A stretch of 64,000 nt of DNA from Cenarchaeum sp. (GCA_965242695.1 CBDESU010000001.1:864001-928000), one strand, 5' to 3'. Positions 1 through 10,391 are shown, counted from the first letter of the stretch. Made by a program: numbers and translations. Notes: generated by a model from the sequence alone, not told the origin.

Positions 1-128
1 GCGCCATTTCGGGCCCCCAGGCGCCCACTCCGGGCCGCAGGCGCGATCGCAGGCGCACCGCCGTCCGCATGCGATCGCCCTTGCCGCCCGCCGCCACCTT
101 AATACGCGGGGCCCCCGGCCCGTGCCGC

Positions 129-914
129 ATGGAGGGGCAGGAGCCGGCGGCCACCTTTACCTTCCGATCGTCCGACGGGACGGTGTACGAGATACCCGTG
201 CGCACGGCGGCCGAGGCCGAGCGGATGTTCCGCGCCGCGCAGGAGGTCGCCGGGCGGCTTGCCAGGGACGGCGGCGAGGGCGCAGAAGGGTACGCGCCGG
301 CGCAGGTACAGGCCGCGCTGCCCGGCGGCGGGCAGGGCGCCGGCGCGGGCGCCGCCTCAGAGTGCGGCTTCGAGTGCGACGCGGCCGGCGACGATGCGGC
401 CGCGGCCGCGGCCCAGGCCGCCGGCGACATCGGCGTTGCGATCGACATACTGGTCGCCGAGGGCGTGCCCCGCGAGGACACGATGCGCGAGCCGTGGATT
501 ACATTCGCACCGAGGCGCCTCGGCTGGAAGGATGCCCTGGGCGACTCGCCCGACCGCCTCTGCGTGAGGGGGATCGACCACTACATCCTCCAGGGCGCGC
601 CGGGCACCATCATTATCGACGAAAAGGCCGCATGCGTCGTCCCGGGCGGTATACTGCTCCACCCGTCCGTCGCGTTCCACTGCCCGAACCCGCGGTGCGG
701 GTACCCTCCCCACGTGCTGGACCTGGACGGCCCCTGGTACGGCACCCGCGCCGGCGCCGGCGCCACCAGGGCGCGCCGGAAGGCGTACAATGCGGCGGGC
801 CTGCCGGCGATCACCGTCTCGACGTGCGAGCACCCGCTCGGCACGTGGACGGGGGTGCTGCAAAAGTCGATACGGCGCCACCTGCGGCCGGGGCCGCGCC
901 GCAGCAGGCGGTAG
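129..914 (+). CDS. Hypothetical protein; possible UBA-like helical segment plus C-terminal DUF559/Vsr-like fold
   Basis: ATG at 129 in frame with ORF 69..914, TATA-like CTTAATAC about 30 nt upstream; AAAQAAGDIGVAIDIL resembles a UBA end, HVLDLDGPWY...RRKAYNAAGLPAITV resembles DUF559-like proteins. Confidence 0.5.
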   Translation: MEGQEPAATFTFRSSDGTVYEIPVRTAAEAERMFRAAQEVAGRLARDGGEGAEGYAPAQVQAALPGGGQGAGAGAASECGFECDAAGDDAAAAAAQAAGDIGVAIDILVAEGVPREDTMREPWITFAPRRLGWKDALGDSPDRLCVRGIDHYILQGAPGTIIIDEKAACVVPGGILLHPSVAFHCPNPRCGYPPHVLDLDGPWYGTRAGAGATRARRKAYNAAGLPAITVSTCEHPLGTWTGVLQKSIRRHLRPGPRRSRR

Positions 915-941
915 CGGGCCTGCCTCGGCCTCGGTCTCGGC

Positions 942-2279
942 CTACCAGCTGCTCGCGTACCTCTTCTGCTCGGCGCCGAGCCTGTCGATGGACACGCCCA
1001 TGGCGGCGAGCGCATCGCGCGCGACCTGCACGTCGATCTCGGCCGGCACCCTGTGTATTCCGTTGTCCATCGATGCGTGGTTCTTTAGGATGTGCAGTAT
1101 GGACAGTATCTGGTTCGAGAACGACTGGGCCATGACCTCGGGCGGGTGGCCCTCGGCGGCGACCAGGTTGGCCAGGCGGCCCCTGCCGATGAGGTACACG
1201 CGCCGGCCGCCGGGCAGCCTGCACTCGTCGAGCCCCTCGCGCACCTTTCTCACCTTCGAGCCGCCGCCGAGGAGGTACTTTCCGTCGATCTCTACGTCAA
1301 AGTGGCCGACGTTGCCGAGGACGGCGCCGTCCTTCATGCGGTCGATGTGCTCTTTTGTGATGATCCCCGTCATCCCCGTGCACGTAATGAACACGTCGCC
1401 GAGCCGGGCTGCCCTCGACATGGGCATGACGTCGTACCCGTCCATGTGGGCCTCTAGGGCGCGCACGGGGTCGACCTCTGTCACGATCACGCGCGAGCCC
1501 ATCCCGCGGCAGCGCGCGGCCACGCCCCTGCCGACCCAGCCGTATCCGGCCACGACGACCCTCTTTGAGGCCATGAGGAGGTTCATCGAGCGCAGCAGGC
1601 CGTCGACCGTGCTCTGGCCCGTCCCGTACCTGTTGTCGAACATTAGCTTTGTATGCGCGTCGTTTACGACGATGATCGGGTAGCGGAGCTGCCCCTTTGC
1701 CGCCACGGCGCGTATGCGGTTGACGCCGGCCGTAGTCTCCTCGGTCGCGCCCAGTATCTCGAGCCCCGAGAACCTCTTGTCAAAGTGCGCCTTTATGTTC
1801 ATGTCGGCCCCGTCGTCGGTCAGGATCGACGGGCCGTGGCCTAGCACCTGCTCTATGCACCAGTCGTACTCCCTGGCCGTCTGGTCGTTCCACGCGTACG
1901 CGTGGATGCCGCTCGATGCAAGGAACGCCGCGATGTCGTCCTGTGTGGTGAGCGGGTTGCCGGGGCAGGCCGCCACGGTCGCCCCGAGCTCCTTTGCGCC
2001 CATGAGCAGGACCGACGTCTCCTTTGTGATGTGCAGGCAGAAGCCGAGCGTGATGCCCTTGAGCGGCTGCGAGGGCCTGAGGCGGGAGAGCGTGTTCTCT
2101 AGTATGCTCATGTGCGAGCGGGCCCACTCGTACGACAGGCGCCCCTGCCCGGCGAGCTTGATGTCCTTGACCTTGTAGCCCTTGGCGGGGCCTCTGCCCT
2201 TGCCGGCGCGTCCCGCCGCCAGCGCCCTGCCGCCCTTGCGCCTAGTAGCCGCCACGGGCGGCGCGGCCGGGCGCTTCAA
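942..2279 (-). CDS. ahcY: Adenosylhomocysteinase
   Basis: Motifs CLHITKET, NPLTTQDD, DDGAD, EETTAG, KLMFDNRYGTGQS, GYGWVGRG, GHFDVEID, GHPPEVMAQSF. Confidence 0.97.
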   Translation of the reverse strand: MKRPAAPPVAATRRKGGRALAAGRAGKGRGPAKGYKVKDIKLAGQGRLSYEWARSHMSILENTLSRLRPSQPLKGITLGFCLHITKETSVLLMGAKELGATVAACPGNPLTTQDDIAAFLASSGIHAYAWNDQTAREYDWCIEQVLGHGPSILTDDGADMNIKAHFDKRFSGLEILGATEETTAGVNRIRAVAAKGQLRYPIIVVNDAHTKLMFDNRYGTGQSTVDGLLRSMNLLMASKRVVVAGYGWVGRGVAARCRGMGSRVIVTEVDPVRALEAHMDGYDVMPMSRAARLGDVFITCTGMTGIITKEHIDRMKDGAVLGNVGHFDVEIDGKYLLGGGSKVRKVREGLDECRLPGGRRVYLIGRGRLANLVAAEGHPPEVMAQSFSNQILSILHILKNHASMDNGIHRVPAEIDVQVARDALAAMGVSIDRLGAEQKRYASSW

Positions 2280-2454
2280 TTAAAACCCTTATGACCGCAC
2301 ACTTGGCGAAAGATCGCACCCTGCTACTCCTCTGACACTCATAGTCAAGCGACCCGTTGTAAACAGGGCCACCGTGCAAGTCTCTGGCAAGGGCTAGGTC
2401 TGTAGATCGAGTGGTGATGATGTACGCTACGCGGGCGCCGACCACGGCTTCATC

Positions 2455-4182
2455 TTGCCCGAAAGTTATATCACCCTGCTCCGAGCGGCCGCGGTAATGC
2501 CCGGTAGACGCAGGTCAAGGAAGGTACATGGGAAGGGCCCTAGCAAGGTGAGTAAGGGCAGGAACAGAGAAGAGGCCGTCAATATCATGATGGCACAAAT
2601 CCTAGATCGCGAGCCTGGCTGGTCTGCCACTCCAGAACGCACCCGAGTCGTCCGCGGTCAGATCCGTCGAAGACCCGACATCGTGATCGATGTGGGCGGG
2701 CGAGCCATCGTCATCGAGACAGAATTTCCGCCGGCCAACGGACTCAGTTATGACTTAACAAAAGCCGCAGGCTATGACTTGGAAGGTCTAGGTCTGCCTA
2801 TCGCGACAGTTGGCATTGTGCTTCCACACGTCACCATGCAGTGCGATATTAACGAGATTGAAGACCATCTGATGGCATGCAACAGTCTAGAATACAACGT
2901 TGTGCCCCTTGACGGCAGACGGTTTCCACCCACTGGTTACTTGGTGGGATCACTCTTAGATGTACGTGCTGCCATACGACTGTCGTCCGTCCCCGATGCC
3001 GACATAAGGAGAGGCTACGAAATGATGGCCGATGGAGTCGACAAGATCGAGCACATAATACGAGAACGGGTGGGGTGTGATACGCATGATGCTGTGTGCA
3101 GATTTCTTCGCCAAAAACCGGGAGATGGAACGTGGCGAATGGCGGCTCTTGTGCTTCTCAACGCATGTGTGTTCTACGATGAGTTGTCAGGACACCGTGA
3201 TGATGTGGAGACCATTCCTTCGCTATCCGTTGTCGGAACGGTTGACCATGCCACGCTGCTCGGCGCGTGGCGCGCAGTACGGAAAATTAACTATGCACCC
3301 ATATTCGACACTGCCATAGCGGTGTTGGGGGCAATGCCACCTGCGGTTGCAAACGAGATAATTGCAGTCATGATACGTGTGTCGTCACGTGTGATGGCAA
3401 CTGGTGCCAACCGCTTTGTCGATTTCTACGGTATGTTGTACCAGCGGTTGTTATATGAACGCAGGCTGGTGGCTGCATACTACACACGGCCCGAAGCGGC
3501 CACACTTTTGGCAGGCCTTACAATCAGGGGTTGCGAGGACGACATGTGGAGGGATCAAGACCGCATTAGAAGGCTTCGAATTGCCGATTTTGCCTGCGGT
3601 TCGGGGTCGCTACTGCATGCGGCCTATTCCCACGTAATCCACTGCTCACCGTTTGACGTGTCTGACATGCACTCCCACGTGATGGAGAATTGTATATGGG
3701 CCGCGGATATATTCCCCATTGCCACGCATTTTGCGGTATCAGCTTTGTCGTCAATGTTTCCCAGTAAAACATTCAGTGACTGTCACATCTACACCCGAAA
3801 ACTAGAACCTGGAGCCACTGGGGGGTATCACCTGGGTTCGCTGGATCTTATCGATGATCTCGAACCTTTTGTCGACGCGGGGGTAATGTACGGAGGGAGC
3901 GGCCCTCGTCCCGTACGAGCTGCCACATTACAGCATGGCTCATGCGACTACATCTTGATGAACCCCCCTTTTGCTCGTGCCACCAATCACGGTGGCAACA
4001 GGCCTGATCCTGTGCCTCCGTTCGCGATACATGGGATTAACCCTGAGATGCAGATTGAAATGGGGAAGCACAACAGCAATTTGTTTAAGGGCACATGTGC
4101 ACACGGTAATGCAGGATTGGCGTCCCATTTTATGGCCATATGCAACAAAAAAATAAGGGGGGGGGGGGGCGGTTCGGCCTAA
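2455..4182 (+). CDS. Type IIG-like restriction-modification enzyme, N-terminal part (nuclease-like N-terminus plus N6-adenine methyltransferase); frameshifted at G13
   Basis: RPDIVI...IETE nuclease-like motif, YYTRPEAA, motif I DFACGSG, motif IV NPPF; visibly lower GC than flanks; ORF ends just after the G13 tract. Start may be ATG 2497. Confidence 0.85.
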   Translation: MPESYITLLRAAAVMPGRRRSRKVHGKGPSKVSKGRNREEAVNIMMAQILDREPGWSATPERTRVVRGQIRRRPDIVIDVGGRAIVIETEFPPANGLSYDLTKAAGYDLEGLGLPIATVGIVLPHVTMQCDINEIEDHLMACNSLEYNVVPLDGRRFPPTGYLVGSLLDVRAAIRLSSVPDADIRRGYEMMADGVDKIEHIIRERVGCDTHDAVCRFLRQKPGDGTWRMAALVLLNACVFYDELSGHRDDVETIPSLSVVGTVDHATLLGAWRAVRKINYAPIFDTAIAVLGAMPPAVANEIIAVMIRVSSRVMATGANRFVDFYGMLYQRLLYERRLVAAYYTRPEAATLLAGLTIRGCEDDMWRDQDRIRRLRIADFACGSGSLLHAAYSHVIHCSPFDVSDMHSHVMENCIWAADIFPIATHFAVSALSSMFPSKTFSDCHIYTRKLEPGATGGYHLGSLDLIDDLEPFVDAGVMYGGSGPRPVRAATLQHGSCDYILMNPPFARATNHGGNRPDPVPPFAIHGINPEMQIEMGKHNSNLFKGTCAHGNAGLASHFMAICNKKIRGGGGGSA

Positions 4183-5432
4183 TCCTTCCCGACACAATTA
4201 CAACGGGGCAATCATGGGTATCAGCTAGAGCCATGTTGGAAGAATGGTACGACGACATAACAGTCACTATTGTTGGTCACGGGGACGATGGCACGTATTC
4301 GTCCGATACCGCCATGCATGAGGTGATGCTTGTGGCACAAAAAAGGGGTGAGAAGCGCACATCGGGCGATCCTGCCCCGAGAATAAAATTCGTGCAGCTT
4401 GACAAGATGCCGTCGTCACGTCTCGAAGCACTAACCCTATCAAAGGTAATTCGTGACACAAGTGTTGTAAAGCTTGAAGATGATGTGGGCATTACATCCC
4501 TGATCATCGGTGACACGGATACTGTTGTGGGTAGGGCGGTTAGTTGTCCCGTCGAAGCAAACATGCCTTGGTTTTGTAGACGCGTAAAAAATATAGGGTT
4601 GTTACAGTTTGCGTACAATCTATCCCGTGGAAGACTTTCGTCTTTTGATAACGTAGGCGATAGTGGGTTAAAGCCCAAAGCGTCTGCGCATACAATTCCG
4701 ATAACACTGCTCGGGGAGTTTGTTGATATGGGTAGGCATCACTTGGATATCATAGGAAAGAAGCCCGATGGAACGCCACGAGGTCCATTTAACAAAATAG
4801 TTCGTTTAGATGGGTCGAAGTACAAGTGTTTGTGGAACAACGATGCAAATACACAACAAAGCATGCTAGTTGAGCACGATTACTCGCTGGAGGCAAAGCA
4901 TGACGCTACGCGCAAACACATTGCCGCGACCTGGGCTACAAGTGGCAGGGTTCATTTAAACAATCAGGCGGGATACGGATCACAGCGTTTGATTGCTGCA
5001 TATACTAAAGATCCCGTTCTTGGAGGGGCGTCGTGGCCCAACGTTGTGGGTCTTGAGGAGAAATATGAAAAGGCCTTCACCACATGGTGTAATACAACAT
5101 TTGGGTTATTATTGTATTGGTTGGTTGCTGGAGGTCAACAACGAGGACGTGGACGAATGGGAGTGGATTCATTCCGTAAGACATTTTCAGTACTAGATGT
5201 TAGGAATCTCAACGGTAGACAGCTAACAAAATTTAACAATCTTTTTGACGCAACTTGTAGAACCAAACTAAAGCCGTTCAGCAACCCTTCTGATGATCCT
5301 ACACGTAAGTGTATTGATAAGGAAGTGATGCACATCTTGGGTATGAATATAGACATAAACGAACTGTACGAGTGGATTGAGAATGAACCCCAGATTAACA
5401 ATGACGGAAACATGGTGGTAAGCCAAGATTGA
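4140..5432 (+). CDS. Type IIG-like restriction-modification enzyme, C-terminal part (end of the MTase and target-recognition region)
   Basis: Begins GGRFGLILP...W..AR..L (the MTase motif that follows the break) and continues YSSDTAMHEVMLVAQK; rejoins the upstream frame if the tract is G11 or G14. Confidence 0.8.
   Translation: MQQKNKGGGGRFGLILPDTITTGQSWVSARAMLEEWYDDITVTIVGHGDDGTYSSDTAMHEVMLVAQKRGEKRTSGDPAPRIKFVQLDKMPSSRLEALTLSKVIRDTSVVKLEDDVGITSLIIGDTDTVVGRAVSCPVEANMPWFCRRVKNIGLLQFAYNLSRGRLSSFDNVGDSGLKPKASAHTIPITLLGEFVDMGRHHLDIIGKKPDGTPRGPFNKIVRLDGSKYKCLWNNDANTQQSMLVEHDYSLEAKHDATRKHIAATWATSGRVHLNNQAGYGSQRLIAAYTKDPVLGGASWPNVVGLEEKYEKAFTTWCNTTFGLLLYWLVAGGQQRGRGRMGVDSFRKTFSVLDVRNLNGRQLTKFNNLFDATCRTKLKPFSNPSDDPTRKCIDKEVMHILGMNIDINELYEWIENEPQINNDGNMVVSQD
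4157..4169 (+). repeat. G13 homopolymer at the R-M frameshift
   Basis: ATAA-G13-CGGTTC seen directly. Confidence 0.95.
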
Positions 5433-5485
5433 TGACCGCATTGATTGTCTCGCCTTTACCACAGAAGTTTACGGAATGCCGCTAC

Positions 5486-6388
5486 TCATACGTGCACTGC
5501 AAACACGTACGGCGTCCCCCCTCCCTCCGACTCGATCGTCCACCGCGTGGGCAGCTCTAGCACGCCAAGCACGTCTAGGTCGAACTTGTCGAGCAGGGGG
5601 CCCCATCCCCACCGGTTCTCGGCGCCCCCTATGCCGCCGGACGCCTCCTCTCCGACACCTGCAAGGACCAGGAGCGGCCCGGCGCCCCCGTCCCGCGCGC
5701 CGCCCTGGGCCGCGCAGGCGACGGCATCGGCGAGCAGCTCGCCTACCTGCGGTAGGGCGCCGACAAAGAGTGCGGCTGCGCCGCCTTCTTCCCGTACCGG
5801 CCCCGCATAGTCGATGCCGAACGCATCCTCGCCCGAGCCGGATGCACCCATTTCGACGCCCGTCCTCTTTGATATGGCCAGCTGCGCGGCGGCGAGCCCG
5901 TCGTCGATCTCGACTGATCGCACGCGCATGCCGGCCGCACCGCAGCAGTACGCGATGCGGCCGTCGCCGGATCCGACGTCGACGGCAGCGCGCGCGCCGA
6001 GGGCTAGCGCCGCAGATGCGAGCGCATATGCCGAGAGCATCCACGTCGGGTAGAACGGCGCGGCGCTCGCATCGTGCTTTAGGCTGTCGAGCCAGTGGCC
6101 CGTCGCGTCGCCCTCGCATAGGGTGCACCGCACTCCGCCTATGGCCTCGTCCGACAGCCTCGCATAGACGGGGCTTGCCCGCGCGAACGCGCCGAGCGCC
6201 GCCGCGCCAGCCGCATCGACTCCGATCGACGGCTCGGCCCCCGACGGTATGGCCTCGTACAGGTGGCTGTTGCCCCTGTACGATCGACTCGTCTCGCCGG
6301 CGATCCGCAGAATCGCATCGGCCGCGCGCCGCCGCCGCCCAAGCTCGGCAGCTGCCGGCCCGGCCGAGAGCATGCCCATCCACAGCAC
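5486..6388 (-). CDS. Putative class I SAM-dependent methyltransferase
   Basis: FYPTW and VDVGSGDGRI...SVEID motifs; lies 7 nt downstream of fen1. Confidence 0.65.
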   Translation of the reverse strand: MLWMGMLSAGPAAAELGRRRRAADAILRIAGETSRSYRGNSHLYEAIPSGAEPSIGVDAAGAAALGAFARASPVYARLSDEAIGGVRCTLCEGDATGHWLDSLKHDASAAPFYPTWMLSAYALASAALALGARAAVDVGSGDGRIAYCCGAAGMRVRSVEIDDGLAAAQLAISKRTGVEMGASGSGEDAFGIDYAGPVREEGGAAALFVGALPQVGELLADAVACAAQGGARDGGAGPLLVLAGVGEEASGGIGGAENRWGWGPLLDKFDLDVLGVLELPTRWTIESEGGGTPYVFAVHV

Positions 6389-6395
6389 CCTGCCG

Positions 6396-7424
6396 CTAGA
6401 ACCACTTGTCCAGGTTCTGGCTGCGCCTCTCTAGCGCCCTGCGCAGGCGGTCGAGGGCCGAGGCAACGCGCGCCTCGGAGAAGCCGCGCTCGCCGACCAG
6501 GTACGACGAGACGGCCTCGGCGTCGGCCTGGCCGTACTCGACGGGGGCGCCGCAGTCGTCCGGCACGTCCGGCTCCAGGAATATCTTTCGTATGCGCTCG
6601 TAGTCGACCTTGCCGAGCTCTTCGCGTATGCGCGGGATGTCCTCGAGCCGGCCGTGCTCCCTGACCAGCTTGAGGGCCGTCTTTGGGCCTATCCGGGAAA
6701 ATCCGTCGGGGTTGAAGTCGGTCCCGATCAGTATGGCAATGTCGACGAGCTGCCCCCGCTCCAGGCCGAGCGACTCTAGCGTGCGCGCAGACTCTATCAC
6801 CTCTGGCTCGACGTCGACGTACATGTTGCGGTTGGGTAGCTTGCGCCTGCCACTCGTCGCAAAGTTGCGAACTAGCCGTACCGCGCCGAACAGGACCGAG
6901 TCAAAGTCCTGGCTGGCCGACGCGTACGCCTCGCCCGTCTTTGTCAGGTGCGCCGCGGCGGCCTCGCCCTCTGACGGCGCGTCCACGCACGGGATGCCGA
7001 GCAGCCCGAGGAGCCGCTTTGCGTCGTCGACCATGCCGTCGGTCATCGTCGTCGTCTGCTGGGCGTACTTTTTTGCCGCCTCCATGTCGCCGGCCTCGAC
7101 GGCGCGCTCGTACTTGACGGCCGCATCCTTCTTGACGGCGCGGCGGCGCGCGATCTCGGCGGCCTTCATCGACGGCGGAGTCCCGTCAAAGACGTAGACG
7201 GGGCGTATGCCGAGGGACAGGTAGTTTACGTTGCGGTGGAGCAGGCCGCTGAGGTGGCTCGTCACGCGGCCCTGGTCGTCCGAGAGCGGCGAGCCGTCGG
7301 GCCCCCGTATGGTCGAGAGGAACTGGTACAGGGCGTTGTACGCGTCGACGGCGACCGTGCGCGAGGCGAACGCATCGAGCGTCGTCGGCTCCCTCTCGAC
7401 GAGCGCCTTTATGTCGACCCCCAT
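6396..7424 (-). CDS. fen: Flap endonuclease 1
   Basis: ATG 7424 gives MGVDIK; [46 protein letters not shown]-terminal PIP box QNLDKWF. Confidence 0.97.
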   Translation of the reverse strand: MGVDIKALVEREPTTLDAFASRTVAVDAYNALYQFLSTIRGPDGSPLSDDQGRVTSHLSGLLHRNVNYLSLGIRPVYVFDGTPPSMKAAEIARRRAVKKDAAVKYERAVEAGDMEAAKKYAQQTTTMTDGMVDDAKRLLGLLGIPCVDAPSEGEAAAAHLTKTGEAYASASQDFDSVLFGAVRLVRNFATSGRRKLPNRNMYVDVEPEVIESARTLESLGLERGQLVDIAILIGTDFNPDGFSRIGPKTALKLVREHGRLEDIPRIREELGKVDYERIRKIFLEPDVPDDCGAPVEYGQADAEAVSSYLVGERGFSEARVASALDRLRRALERRSQNLDKWF

Positions 7425-7667
7425 GCGCGGGCGGCGCGGCCGGGGCGTATTCATGGGTTGCGGCCGCGCGGGCCGCGCCGGCGGCGGCCGGCGGCGCCTC
7501 GCACGGTCTATGTGGACGCCCCGCGGAGCCGCCGCGCGGCCGTGGACGAAGATGCCGCCGGGCTGGCGGCGGGGGCGCCGCAGGGCGCGGTGCCGGCGCC
7601 ATGCGACGGCGGCGCGCCCGCCGGGCCGCGGCAGGCCGGCGCGGCGCCGGGCGGATCGCGCGCGATC

Positions 7668-8174
7668 ATGCCTAGGCCTGGCGGCAGGTTTGGCGACGAA
7701 GAGCTGGGAGCCAGGCTTGGCGTGCCCCTGGCGGGATCGATGCGCGCCAGCCGCGAGAACAAGTGCATCGTACTCGTGGACCTCCAGGATGGCGACTCGC
7801 GGGACGGCGACATGGCCGTGTACGTGGGCCGGGACAGGCGCGGAGGCCGACGGGCGGATCAGTCGACGGACGGCGGCGGCCCCGATCTGCCCCTCTTGGA
7901 TGCGAGTGGGTACGCGGTGCTCGACTTTGCAAGGGACGGCGGCATGCTCGTGCTGGAAAGGGTCGCAGAGTTCGGCTCGCTCAGCCTTGAGAAGAGGGAC
8001 GGGCGAGACGTGGCCGTTTTCAAAGTGAGGGCCGTCGACGGCGAGGCATGGGACGGCGAGGAGCTGAACCCCGATGCCGAGAGGCCGCTCCAGTCGATAG
8101 AGTCCGGGACGTTTGCCGGCAAGAGGTGCACGGTCGACGAGTATATTGAGCATGTCCGGAAGGCTATGGCGTAG
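7668..8174 (+). CDS. Conserved-looking hypothetical protein (168 aa)
   Basis: Protein-like acidic composition from ATG 7668 ([13 protein letters not shown]); the upstream part of ORF 7236..8174 overlaps fen1 and looks spurious. Confidence 0.65.
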   Translation: MPRPGGRFGDEELGARLGVPLAGSMRASRENKCIVLVDLQDGDSRDGDMAVYVGRDRRGGRRADQSTDGGGPDLPLLDASGYAVLDFARDGGMLVLERVAEFGSLSLEKRDGRDVAVFKVRAVDGEAWDGEELNPDAERPLQSIESGTFAGKRCTVDEYIEHVRKAMA

Positions 8175-8460
8175 CGCCGCATTGAGAAATTGGTGCGACG
8201 GCAGGATGCACAAGGCGCTGAAGGGACTGTGGGGGGAAGCGCACCCGCAGTCCGTCGACCCGACTCTGGCCTCGCGGGGGCGGCATGCACTCGAGAACTT
8301 CCATCATTCGGGCGCCCATATCTGGCACGCCGCCATTGATATCCGCTGAACGCGGTCGGACGGGCGCCGCCGCGCCCTGGGCGCGCCATGTGCAGCCGCA
8401 CGCGCGCGCACTTGGCGGCGCCCCTTCAAACTTATAGCGCGGAATTTGGAGCGCGGCGCA

Positions 8461-9147
8461 ATGGCGCAGACCGCCGACTGCCGCCTGTGCGGCCGCAGCT
8501 TTGCGCGGCACGGCCGCCATGCCTACTGCAGGCGATGCGCCGCCAAGGCCGACAGGGCGATCGCCCGGGATCTGCGCGTGGACTGCAAGGAGTGCGGCAA
8601 GCCGTTCCAGACGGACAACCGGAGCGTCCGCTACTGCTCGGATGCATGCCGCGCCGATGCCAAGCGGCGGAGCGCCCGTGAGCATGGGCGCAGGCAGTTG
8701 ATGGATCCAAGGAGGCGAGCCATTGCAGCGGCGCGCGTCAGGGCGATCGTGGCCCGGCGCAGGGTCGGGGACGCAGGCGGGTCGCCCAAGCGGCGGCGGA
8801 AGCAGGCAGATGGCGGCACTGCCATGTCTAGGACGCTGACCTGCAAGCTGTGCGGCCGCAGCTTTGAGCTGCGCGGCATGGGCATCCGATCGTACTGCAA
8901 GCGGTGCGTCGCCATGGCGGACAGGGAGGCTGCCAGGAAGCCGCGCAGGCAGTGCAAGGAGTGCGGCAAGAAGTTTGACTCGAAGGCGCATTTTGTCCTC
9001 TACTGCTCGGACGAGTGCCGCGCCAAGGTCGCGCGTCGCCGCGAGCGCAGGAGCAACCGCCGCCGCTCGGCCGACCCTGAAAAGAGCGCCATTGCGGCGG
9101 CGCGAAGCAGGGCCTACCGCGGCGGCCGGAAGGCGCGGCGCGCATAG
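8461..9147 (+). CDS. Double-module Cys4 zinc-finger protein (family copy 1)
   Basis: Two modules of CRLCGRSF..YCxxC - CKECGKxF..YCSDxC - Arg-rich DPEK helix; TTATA at 8432 and GCGCGGCGCA directly before the ATG. Confidence 0.8.
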   Translation: MAQTADCRLCGRSFARHGRHAYCRRCAAKADRAIARDLRVDCKECGKPFQTDNRSVRYCSDACRADAKRRSAREHGRRQLMDPRRRAIAAARVRAIVARRRVGDAGGSPKRRRKQADGGTAMSRTLTCKLCGRSFELRGMGIRSYCKRCVAMADREAARKPRRQCKECGKKFDSKAHFVLYCSDECRAKVARRRERRSNRRRSADPEKSAIAAARSRAYRGGRKARRA

Positions 9148-9230
9148 CGCGCGCGGCGCGCAGCGGCGGCTACGGCGCGCCCTTTTGCCCCCCTGCAAGC
9201 GGTTATTAGGGGCCGGCCACGACTCTTGCC

Positions 9231-9314
9231 GCCAGGTTAGCCAAGTGGTACGGCGACCGACTCGAGATCGGTTGCGCTCTGCGTTCAGGGGTTCGAATCC
9301 CTTACCTGGCGCCA
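9231..9314 (+). tRNA. tRNA-Ser(CGA) with encoded CCA
   Basis: Acceptor stem GCCAGGT/ACCTGGC, anticodon arm ACCGA-CT CGA GA-TCGGT, long variable arm, GTTCGAATC T-loop, G discriminator plus CCA; TTATTA about 25 nt upstream. Confidence 0.95.
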
Positions 9315-9390
9315 CCTTCGCTACCGCGCCAACCTGCGCAGTCCGGCCGGCCGGCCGTCGGGCCGGCCGGGCACACCGCGACGCCGCCCC

Positions 9391-9720
9391 CTACCCGGGC
9401 AGGCCCTCCACGGCCCTTGCCAGCCAGTAGGCCTCGGTCTCGGCGAGCTCGGCGCTGCGAAACCCCGACAGGAGCGATCGCGCCCCGCCCCTCGTCAGCG
9501 CGTACTCGGCGCCGGGGCAGAAGTCGCTCCGCGGAAGCTGCGCAAAGAACCTGCCGCCCTCCCTCAGCACCCTGGCCGCCTCGGCCGCGTACGACGCCTG
9601 CACCTGCCGCGGCATGTGCTGGAACGCCAACTCGGAGTAGACGACGTCGAACGAGCCGCCGGCGAACATGCCGAGCGTCCTGCCGTTGTTGACATGGAAC
9701 GTCGCGTTGCGAACGCCCCT
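9391..9720 (-). pseudogene. Class I SAM methyltransferase, C-terminal fragment
   Basis: RGVRNATFHVNNGRTLGMFAGGSFDVVYSELAFQHM...RVLREGGRF; joins in frame to the 11456..11766 fragment. Confidence 0.8.
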
Positions 9721-9827
9721 ATGCCCCTCCGACTGTCGATAAAGTCCTTTTCTAGGGCCGTCTTGTCGTCATCCTTGACCGTTGCCACGCACATCTTTTT
9801 GTGTACATCCACCCATACGTGGATCAT
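9721..9827 (-). mobile_element. IS110-family transposase N-terminal remnant
   Basis: MIHVWVDVHKKMCVATVKDDDKTALEKDFIDSRRGI matches the IS110 DEDD N-terminus pattern (GiDvhk...va.v.d); GGTGAGAGG upstream. Confidence 0.65.
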
Positions 9828-9861
9828 CCTCTCACCACCCTTGCGATCATGTTGGGGTTTT

Positions 9862-10391
9862 TCAAGGCCTGGTTGAGCGGAAGACTCCATTCACCGTCTG
9901 TGCGGTATACCTTCGTCCGCTTGATACCTGGGTCAGGCTCCCAGACACCCTCGTACGGGGTAAGTTCATGACGACCCTTAGGCCCATGGCCCGGAGCGCA
10001 GAAGCCCTGTTTGCTAGGCTTGACATGAAGGCTCCCATCTTTTTTAACTCGGCAATGACCAGGTCCTGTTCGCCGGCGACGATCTTGAGCGACTCGATCT
10101 CCTTGGCCTGCGCCTTGGCCGAATCGCTCCTGCCGCTGCCTCCCATGCCGGCAATCTCCCTCTTGCCGGCGTCCATGAGCCCCTTGCTCCAGTTGTCGAA
10201 CGCGGTCGGCGAGACGCCGTGCTTGCGGCATATCCCTGCCACGCCGATGTTCGTCGAGAGGTACCCGACCACATGTCTACCCGCTCCCTGGCGGTCCACC
10301 GCCTGTGCGTCATTTTTTCGCCTCCCCGGCGCCCCCATGGCTCTCAACCCCTTCCATTCCGATCGTTCTCACTCTACGGGGGCCCTCGACA
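9862..10391 (-). mobile_element. Decayed IS3-family element (frameshifted OrfA HTH, A6G slippery site, vestigial OrfB)
   Basis: MTHRRWTARERVD/VVGYLSTNIGVAGICRKHGVSPTAFDNW...KEIESLKIVAGEQDLVIAELKK; AAAAAAG at 10045-10039; candidate left end TGTCGAGGGCCCCCGTAGAG from 10391; right end not identified. Confidence 0.75.

Noticed and set aside
7425-8213. 263-aa N-terminal extension of FEN1
   Set aside because: The canonical MGV start is at 7424; the extension is antisense to the 7668..8174 gene and to GC-rich intergenic DNA.
9231-9400. tRNA-anchored integrative element with att duplication
   Set aside because: I found no integrase and no second copy of the tRNA 3' end in the window.
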